Part shown: positions 1 through 6,312 of the stretch, piece by piece
How positions within the stretch are numbered: position 1 is the first letter of the stretch
Layout of the letters: each line of letters begins with the position of its first letter
The notes under the pieces: generated by a model
The model's input: only the letters and a program-made list of their open reading frames with translations
What the model was told of the DNA's origin: nothing
Database searches by the model: none
Assembly: GCA_037444665.1 (NCBI GenBank)
Contig: JBBILZ010000066.1
Span: 1-11,031, forward strand
Direction: 5' to 3'
From: a candidate division WOR-3 bacterium
GTDB lineage: Bacteria; Hydrothermota; Tepidihabitantia; SM23-42; JAOAFX01
Length of the DNA stretch: 11,031 bases
Translations under genes and position numbers: made by a program

Positions 1-116
1 ATTCATCTAAATCAGGGAAGAAATTATGGCAAATGCTAAATTTTTCTATTTAATCTGAAGACCAGGAAAGGTGAGAAAAATTTTGATTATTCAGAGCTGA
101 CTAAGTTGATGTATCC

Positions 117-144
117 TTGACTTTAGCAAAAAATCAAGTATAAT
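117..144 (+). promoter_or_regulatory. Putative sigma70-type promoter of the EF-G paralogue/lgt operon
   Basis: TTGACT (117-122), 16-nt spacer, perfect TATAAT (139-144), about 45 nt upstream of the ATG at 189. Confidence 0.7.
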
Positions 145-174
145 CTAAAAATGCAACTTGATATTTTTATTATT

Positions 175-182
175 AAGGAGGT
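175..182 (+). promoter_or_regulatory. Shine-Dalgarno sequence of the EF-G paralogue
   Basis: AAGGAGGT, 6 nt upstream of ATG 189. Confidence 0.85.
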
Positions 183-188
183 ATCTTT

Positions 189-2228
189 ATGGGAAATAGT
201 GGTTTAAGAAATATTGGGCTTTTCGGGCATGCGGGCTGTGGTAAGACCACGATTGCTGATGGAATACTATATATTTGTGGCGCCAATTCAAGATTTGGTA
301 AGGTGAGCGATGGGACGAGTATGTTTGATACTGACCCTGATGAACAGAAAAGGGGTTGCAGTCTCAATTTAGGTGTCGCCACATTTGATTATAAAGATAT
401 AACTTTCAATATAATTGATTCACCCGGCTATGCCGATTTTGTGGGTGAAATGTTGAGCGGCATTTATGCGGTTGATGTATGTGTGATTGTGGTTGATGCC
501 AGTACTGGTATTGCTGTAGGCACTGAAAGAATTTTACATGAGGCAGAAAAAAGAAATCTGCCCGTCGTATTTTTTATAAATAAGTTGAAAAAAGAAAATA
601 CTGATTTTTATGAAGTTTTGAAAGGTTTGAAAGAAATCTCAAAAAGAAAAATTATTCCTTTAAATATTCCTGTTGGTTCAGCAGAAAAATTTGCCGGTAT
701 TGCGAGCATCATAAAGCAGAAGGCATTCTATCTAAAAGATGGTAAGATGACTGAAGGGGATATTCCTGAAGAACTAAAAGAAAAAATAACTTCATACCAG
801 GAACTGTTTATTGAAGGGGCAGCAGATAACGATGATAACCTTATGAATAAATATCTTGAAACCGGCTCGTTAAAGATAGAAGAATGCATTCCAGCCATAA
901 AAAAAGGAATTATTGAAAATAAGATTGCACCCTGCCTCTGTGGAGAAAGTCTTGAACTCATTGGTCTTCAGGAGATTGTTGATAATTTAATAGAATTTCT
1001 TCCTTCCTATGAAGATTTACCTGAAATTGTAATGGGCGAGCATAAAATAAAAAGAAAGACAGATGAACCATTTGTAGGATATATTTTCAAAACCGCAGTA
1101 GAACCGCACCTCGGTGAAATCTGTTATATTAAAGTCCTGAGCGGTAAGATAGGAGTAGGTGAAACAGTAAATAATACCACTCAAAATATTGAAGAAAAGA
1201 TAAATCAGATATATTTTTTAAAGGGTAAAGAAAAGAAAGAACATAATCAATTAACCGCAGGTATGATTGCCGGTTTAGTGAAATTAAAGAATACCCATAC
1301 TGGTGATACACTGAGTAAAACCAATATTAGACTTCCGGTTATTGAATTTCCTGCACCTTCAATATCAATGGCAATTGTACCCAAGGCAAAAGGTGATGAG
1401 GAAAAGATTTCCAATGGCCTTAGCAAATTGAGAAGTGAAGACCCAACCTTCAATTTTGCTTATGACCCAGAGATAAAACAACTTATTATTTCAGGTATTG
1501 GTGAGTTGCACCTTGATATAATACTTTCCCGATTGCAGAGAAAATATGGTGTGAATGTAGAATTGACAAAAACAAAAATAAAATATCGTGAGACATTCAC
1601 AAAAAAGACTGAAGCCCAGGGTAAATATAAAAAACAGACTGGTGGTCATGGACAATATGGTGATTGCTGGTTAAGGGTTGAGCCATTGCCAAGGGGACAG
1701 GGTAATGAGTTTGCTGACGAAATTTTTGGCGGAGCCATTCCATCACGATATATCCCATCCGTAGAAAAAGGTGTAAAAGAAGCACTTGATAAAGGATTTT
1801 TAGCAGGCTATCCCATCACTGATGTAAAGGTAACAGTGTATGATGGTTCATACCATCCTGTGGATTCATCTGATATTGCCTTTCAGATCGCTGCTTCAAT
1901 GGCAATAAAATCCAATGCGGAAAAAGGTGGTATGGTCTTATTAGAACCAATAAATGAAGTTGAAGTCTATGTCCCTGAGGAATTTATGGGTGATGTCATA
2001 GGTGATTTGAACAGTAAAAGGGGTAAGATAATGGGTATGGAAGCAATGGGCAAGATACAGGTCATTAAGGCAATGGTGCCCGAAGCAGAGATGTATAAAT
2101 ATTCTACGAGCCTCCGCTCTATGACCCAGGGCAGGGGTTATTTCACAATGAAATTTCACCATTATGAAGAAGTACCCAAAGAGATTGCCCAGAAGATCAT
2201 AGAAGAATCCAAAAAAGAGAGTAAATGA
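189..2228 (+). CDS. fusA: Elongation factor G paralogue (EF-G II / EF-G2 type)
   Basis: 679 aa. G1 is GHAGCGKTT, switch I is DEQKRGCSL and G3 is DSPGY. Also present are GELHL, domain IV KKQTGGHGQYG and GSYHPVDSS, and domain V LLEPI...GDLNSKRG...LRSMTQGRG. The GHxGxGKTT and DxPGY motifs and the location outside the rpsL-rpsG-fusA-tuf operon indicate the second-copy EF-G subfamily rather than canonical EF-G. Confidence 0.93.
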   Translation: MGNSGLRNIGLFGHAGCGKTTIADGILYICGANSRFGKVSDGTSMFDTDPDEQKRGCSLNLGVATFDYKDITFNIIDSPGYADFVGEMLSGIYAVDVCVIVVDASTGIAVGTERILHEAEKRNLPVVFFINKLKKENTDFYEVLKGLKEISKRKIIPLNIPVGSAEKFAGIASIIKQKAFYLKDGKMTEGDIPEELKEKITSYQELFIEGAADNDDNLMNKYLETGSLKIEECIPAIKKGIIENKIAPCLCGESLELIGLQEIVDNLIEFLPSYEDLPEIVMGEHKIKRKTDEPFVGYIFKTAVEPHLGEICYIKVLSGKIGVGETVNNTTQNIEEKINQIYFLKGKEKKEHNQLTAGMIAGLVKLKNTHTGDTLSKTNIRLPVIEFPAPSISMAIVPKAKGDEEKISNGLSKLRSEDPTFNFAYDPEIKQLIISGIGELHLDIILSRLQRKYGVNVELTKTKIKYRETFTKKTEAQGKYKKQTGGHGQYGDCWLRVEPLPRGQGNEFADEIFGGAIPSRYIPSVEKGVKEALDKGFLAGYPITDVKVTVYDGSYHPVDSSDIAFQIAASMAIKSNAEKGGMVLLEPINEVEVYVPEEFMGDVIGDLNSKRGKIMGMEAMGKIQVIKAMVPEAEMYKYSTSLRSMTQGRGYFTMKFHHYEEVPKEIAQKIIEESKKESK

Positions 2229-2995
2229 GGCCGGTCCTTATAAAATTTGACGGTATCGGAATTCCGAGTTATGGAACCATGCTCGTAATTTCGTTTATCG
2301 TCGCACTCTTTCTGGTAAAAAGGGAAGCGAAAAAACATAATATATCACCGGTCCTGATTGAAAATCTTGCCTTCTGGTTAATGGTAGGGGTCATTATTGG
2401 TGGCAGGCTCCTTTATGTATTATTCCACTTAAATGAATTCAGAGATATCATAAGTATCTTTGAAATATGGAACGGTGGGATGATGTTTTTTGGTGGATTT
2501 ATCGGCGCCTTCATTGCCGGTGCAATCTATGTTAAAAAACAGAACCTATCAATCTCTCTGCTCAGCGATATCATAAGCCCTTCAATTGCCCTGGGTGAAT
2601 TTTTTACAAGGATTGGTTGTTTTCTCAATGGTTGTTGCTTTGGCATACCCACCAATCTCCCCTGGGGCATCCATTTTCCCAATGGCTCTTTTGCTGACCG
2701 GGCAGGGCTTGATTGCGCTATTCATCCTACCCAGTTATATTCTTCCCTGTTCGGCTTGTTGCTATTCTTTTTGCTCCAGAGAATGTTACATCGTCCCCAT
2801 TCACGGGGAAGTATCTTTGCCTATTTTTTAATTTTTTATGGTGGGTTCAGATTCGGTGTAGATTTTGTAAGATATTATGAAAATATCAGCAATCTTTTAA
2901 TCAACCAATTAATTTCAATAATAATTGTAATCGCTGGTATTTTTATATTAATTAAAACAAAAAGGGTTAATCAGTCCCGGGCAAAATCTCTCTAA
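2225..2995 (+). CDS. lgt: Prolipoprotein diacylglyceryl transferase
   Basis: 256-aa polytopic membrane protein with SYG, GGRLLYV, IWNGGMMFFGG, RIGCFLNGCCFG, LPWGI.FP, HPTQLY and RFGVDFVR. ATGA overlap with the EF-G stop codon suggests translational coupling. Confidence 0.93.
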   Translation: MRPVLIKFDGIGIPSYGTMLVISFIVALFLVKREAKKHNISPVLIENLAFWLMVGVIIGGRLLYVLFHLNEFRDIISIFEIWNGGMMFFGGFIGAFIAGAIYVKKQNLSISLLSDIISPSIALGEFFTRIGCFLNGCCFGIPTNLPWGIHFPNGSFADRAGLDCAIHPTQLYSSLFGLLLFFLLQRMLHRPHSRGSIFAYFLIFYGGFRFGVDFVRYYENISNLLINQLISIIIVIAGIFILIKTKRVNQSRAKSL

Positions 2996-4130
2996 TTTTC
3001 TGAGCAATCACTTCTGCTGGAACAGGACTTGATAGATTTATAAAATAGAGTTGCCACAATTTTTTCATTTTTCGTGAAACCACGATTCGCTGTGCATCGC
3101 TACTCACCCTTGGATTCCAGTCAGGAATATCATTATAGGTCAATCGGGTTAAAGTTTTTGTTGGAATATCAAATTTATAAATTTCAAATTCACCAGTCAT
3201 ATTAGAACGGAAGAAAAGGTCGTTGCCAGCAAGATGGGGGTCTGTCTCATCATATTTTGTATAATAGAGCAATCGTTCATTACTGCCATCTGGCTTCATT
3301 ATATATATATCCTCACTGCCATTCCTTTTTGAAGAGAATACAATAAATTTACCATCTGGTGTATATGATGGAAATCCATCCCAGAATCTATTCTTTGTCA
3401 GCCGAAATGCCTGCTTCCGTATCAGGTCAATCTTATAAATCTCCCAGCCTCCATCACGATTCGTAACATAAACAAGTTCTTTTCCGTCTGGAGAAAATGA
3501 AGGTGAAAAATCTGTATAATCATTATTGGTCAATTTTATTGTGGAATCGGCCTTTATCTCATATAAATATATCTCTTCATCACCATCCAGGCTTGAGACA
3601 TAGGCTATCTTATCGCCCTTGGGCGAAAATGCAGGGTCAGTATTCATTCCTTTTTTTGTTATCTTCTTTACAATTGTGCCGTCCAATTTTATCAGATAGA
3701 TATCAGCAATATCCCTTTTGGCTGCTGCTACTGCCAGCATTTCATTGTCCGGACCAAAACAGCCTTTGAATTGATTGATTCTACCCATCGGAATTGGACT
3801 TGATGAATATGGTTCCATTTTCATTGCTGTAGTCAATTTCAATTTTAATTCCATACTATCCTTCAATGGTGAATTCAATTCCACAAGTTTTAAGAAATGT
3901 AAATATGCCTTTTCATTTGAATCAAGATAGGCATAGGCAAGAGAAAGATTAAAATGTATTTGCGGATTTAGAGAATCGGACAGAAGTGCAGGTTTTAATG
4001 ATTTTATTGCATCAGCATATTTGCCTTTTTTTATTGCCTCTGCTGCACCTTTTACATCACCTTTGCGTGCACAGTTACTGGCGAACAATATTATCATCAA
4101 AAATAATGAAATATAAATTTTTATTCTCAT
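2967..4130 (-). CDS. Predicted lipoprotein with N-terminal TPR-like region and TolB-like (PD40) beta-propeller
   Basis: Signal peptide ending in a lipobox-like FASNC (Cys20), then TPR-like helices (KYADAIKSLK...PQIHFNLSLAYAYL). About six PD40-like repeats follow (PAFSPKGDKIAYVS, PSFSPDGKELVYVT, PSYTPDGKFIVFSS, PRVSSDAQRIV). ATGA overlap with the pdxA stop. Confidence 0.8.
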   Translation of the reverse strand: MRIKIYISLFLMIILFASNCARKGDVKGAAEAIKKGKYADAIKSLKPALLSDSLNPQIHFNLSLAYAYLDSNEKAYLHFLKLVELNSPLKDSMELKLKLTTAMKMEPYSSSPIPMGRINQFKGCFGPDNEMLAVAAAKRDIADIYLIKLDGTIVKKITKKGMNTDPAFSPKGDKIAYVSSLDGDEEIYLYEIKADSTIKLTNNDYTDFSPSFSPDGKELVYVTNRDGGWEIYKIDLIRKQAFRLTKNRFWDGFPSYTPDGKFIVFSSKRNGSEDIYIMKPDGSNERLLYYTKYDETDPHLAGNDLFFRSNMTGEFEIYKFDIPTKTLTRLTYNDIPDWNPRVSSDAQRIVVSRKMKKLWQLYFINLSSPVPAEVIAQKIREILPGTD

Positions 4131-5041
4131 ATACTGCTCCTTTCTATTCTTTTATACATCATAATGCCCATTCTTATCGCATTAAACATACCCTCTGCCT
4201 CAGCAATACCTTTTCCTGCAATATCAAGGGCTGCTCCGCACAATGGTGACAATCTAATAATGGGCAAACCCAGGGTCCAGTTCAAACCACCTTTTATTGA
4301 TTTTAGATATACAAAGCCCTGGTCATGATACATTACTAAATAACCATCAAACAGACGGCAGAAAAGTGTATCAGCCGGGAATGGTCCATTTGCATCTACA
4401 CCTTTTTTTCGCGCAAGCATAATCCCCTGTTTAATATTATGCTCTTCACCATAACTGAATTCCTCACCATGGGGGTTAAAGGCAGAGACACCAAGCACAG
4501 GCCTTTTTACACCAAAAAATCTCTTCAGCCCCCATTCAAAGAGTTGAAGTTTATCAGATATCTCTTTTTTATTTATATTCTTAGAAACATCAGAAACAGG
4601 TAGGTGCGTGGTTAAAAACATAATCCTTTTTTCTTTCAAAAGCCCAACCATGGCAAATTTTTTTGTCTGAAAATAATCGGCAAGGAATTCAGTGTGACCC
4701 ACAAAATTTTTTAAAAATTTTTTTATTACACTCTTTACAATTGGTGCAGTGATCAAAATATCAGGTTTATCAGCAAGTGCTGAGATTATTGAATTCAGGG
4801 CAATCCTGCCGGTCTTTTCATCAGGCATACCAAACTTGAATGCTTTCACCGGTACTACATTCTTTATATATTCTCTCATCGCCTTATAATTTTTCAAAAG
4901 GTGCAGCCTTGATGCGGTCTCTTTTAATATCAAGTCATTTCCATATACCACAGGTTTATATTTCAAAAAAGAGGGAACTGTTTTTAAAACTAATTCTGGT
5001 CCAATACCTGATGGGTCACCGATTGTTATTGCAATCTTCAT
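4127..5041 (-). CDS. pdxA: 4-hydroxythreonine-4-phosphate dehydrogenase (PdxA/PdxA2 family)
   Basis: Motifs IAITIGDPSGIGPE, TAPI.K, GHTEFLA, GPFPADTLF, N.TLGLPIIR and DIAGKGIA. The three metal-binding His are present in TTH, NPH and MYHDQG. Confidence 0.88.
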   Translation of the reverse strand: MKIAITIGDPSGIGPELVLKTVPSFLKYKPVVYGNDLILKETASRLHLLKNYKAMREYIKNVVPVKAFKFGMPDEKTGRIALNSIISALADKPDILITAPIVKSVIKKFLKNFVGHTEFLADYFQTKKFAMVGLLKEKRIMFLTTHLPVSDVSKNINKKEISDKLQLFEWGLKRFFGVKRPVLGVSAFNPHGEEFSYGEEHNIKQGIMLARKKGVDANGPFPADTLFCRLFDGYLVMYHDQGFVYLKSIKGGLNWTLGLPIIRLSPLCGAALDIAGKGIAEAEGMFNAIRMGIMMYKRIERSSI

Positions 5042-5270
5042 AGTATTGAGTTACCTCATCCTTTTTTATATTACCCTGAGGTATCTTTAATATTCTATAT
5101 TTTTGCACACCTTTAATTGTATCAATTTCAATTATATCACCTTCCTTGACCTCACGTGCAGGTTTGCTAATGACACCGTTCACCCTTACCAATTCTTTAT
5201 CGCATAATTCTTTCCCTGCGTTTCGCTGTTTCACAATCAGAGTCTTTTTTAAGAAAAGATCAAGTCGCAT
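5016..5270 (-). CDS. Small S4-domain RNA-binding protein (RqcP/YabO-like; Hsp15-related)
   Basis: 84 aa; MRLD.FLK...K.R..KE.C....V.VNG...KPAREVKEGD.IEI is the S4 pattern. Its size and the C-terminal KK.E...YY match YabO/RqcP better than the longer Hsp15. Overlaps the pdxA start by 26 nt. Confidence 0.82.
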   Translation of the reverse strand: MRLDLFLKKTLIVKQRNAGKELCDKELVRVNGVISKPAREVKEGDIIEIDTIKGVQKYRILKIPQGNIKKDEVTQYYEDCNNNR

Positions 5271-5278
5271 ATAAAATG

Positions 5279-5306
5279 ATTATAAAACAAAATATCCAAA
5301 AGTCAA
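5279..5306 (-). promoter_or_regulatory. Putative sigma70-type promoter of the S4-pdxA-TolB-like operon (leaderless-type)
   Basis: Minus strand reads TTGACT (5306-5301), 16 nt, TATAAT (5284-5279), 8 nt, ATG (5270). No SD sequence. Confidence 0.7.
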
Positions 5307-5347
5307 GATAAAGTAATAGGTCTCTGTTTAACAGCTGCGAATACATC

Positions 5348-5376
5348 TTGACACTCATAGCCTAATTGAATAGCAT
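5348..5376 (+). promoter_or_regulatory. Putative sigma70-type promoter of lpxD-lpxC (leaderless-type)
   Basis: TTGACA (5348-5353), 17 nt, TAGCAT (5371-5376), 5 nt, ATG (5382). No SD sequence. Confidence 0.65.
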
Positions 5377-5381
5377 AACCT

Positions 5382-6311
5382 ATGAGGCTTAGAGATGTTG
5401 CTCAAATTGTGCAGGGTAAATTTTATGGAAATAATCTTGAAATAAAAAGTATACTACCTCCTGAAGAGGCGAAAAGAGATTCACTCACTTTTCTTTTTAA
5501 TTTAGAATTAAAAACCAGGGCAGGTGCAGTGGTAGCAGTAAAAAAAATTTCTAAGAAGAGCGGTGTGATTGTCTCTGATTGCAAAAAGGCAATGTTCTAT
5601 TTATTAAAGAAAATTACAAAGGAAAAAAAGATACCAGAGATTGGCAAAAATGTAATCATTGAAAAGGGCGTAAACATTCCCGAATCATGCTCAATTGAAT
5701 CATATACCATTATCCAGCGTGGTGCAAAGATTGGTAAGGGTTGCTGTATTGGTGCTGGAGTATATATTGATAAAGGAGTAAATATAGGAGACTATTGCAC
5801 AATCGGACATCATACGGTTATATATCAAAATACCATAATTGGAAACTTTGTTGAGATCGGTGCAAATTCAATAATTGGCAAAGAAGGATTCGGTTATATT
5901 AAATTAAAAAGATACCAGAGATTACCACATATCGGCAATGTAATAATAAAGGATTATGTGGAGATAGGCGCAAATGTCACGGTTGACCGTGGCACCATTG
6001 GTAATACTGTGATTGGTGAAGGCACCAAGATTGACAATTTAGTGCATATTGCCCATAATGTCAAAATTGGAAAAAATTGTTTGATTATGGGACAGGCAGG
6101 TATTGCTGGCTCTACAAAAATCAGTGATAATGTGATACTCTGTGGTCAGACCGGAGTAAGTGACCATTTAACAATCGGCAAAAATGTCGTGGTCTATGCC
6201 AAGAGTGCAGTCTTTTCAAATCTTGTGTCAAACAAGCAATATTCAGGCATCCCTGCCCGTGAACATTATACTGTCTTAAAAGCCCTTGCCCGATTGTACA
6301 AAGGATTGTAG
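5382..6311 (+). CDS. lpxD: UDP-3-O-(3-hydroxyacyl)glucosamine N-acyltransferase
   Basis: 309 aa with hexapeptide left-handed beta-helix repeats and LpxD signatures IG.EGFGY, PHIGNVII.D.VEIGAN.TVDRG, TKIDNLVHIAHNV (catalytic His), GQ.GIAGS, DH and YSGIPA. Confidence 0.93.
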   Translation: MRLRDVAQIVQGKFYGNNLEIKSILPPEEAKRDSLTFLFNLELKTRAGAVVAVKKISKKSGVIVSDCKKAMFYLLKKITKEKKIPEIGKNVIIEKGVNIPESCSIESYTIIQRGAKIGKGCCIGAGVYIDKGVNIGDYCTIGHHTVIYQNTIIGNFVEIGANSIIGKEGFGYIKLKRYQRLPHIGNVIIKDYVEIGANVTVDRGTIGNTVIGEGTKIDNLVHIAHNVKIGKNCLIMGQAGIAGSTKISDNVILCGQTGVSDHLTIGKNVVVYAKSAVFSNLVSNKQYSGIPAREHYTVLKALARLYKGL

Positions 6312-6312
6312 T

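Noticed and set aside
1..120. Possible gene end or small peptide upstream of the EF-G promoter
   Set aside because: All frames contain early stops, and there is too little sequence to support a call.
173..2162. Six short minus-strand ORFs antisense to the EF-G gene
   Set aside because: They are almost entirely antisense to a highly conserved gene and have no recognisable motifs; treated as shadow ORFs.
3060..3760. Repetitive pattern in the TolB-like gene (also in lpxD)
   Set aside because: Explained by protein-level PD40 and hexapeptide repeats. There are no identical spaced DNA repeats, so this is not a CRISPR array or other repeat array.
6286..6312. Upstream TTG start for lpxC given in the ORF track
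   Set aside because: It overlaps lpxD by 26 nt and adds a non-homologous peptide. ATG 6313 directly follows the lpxD stop.
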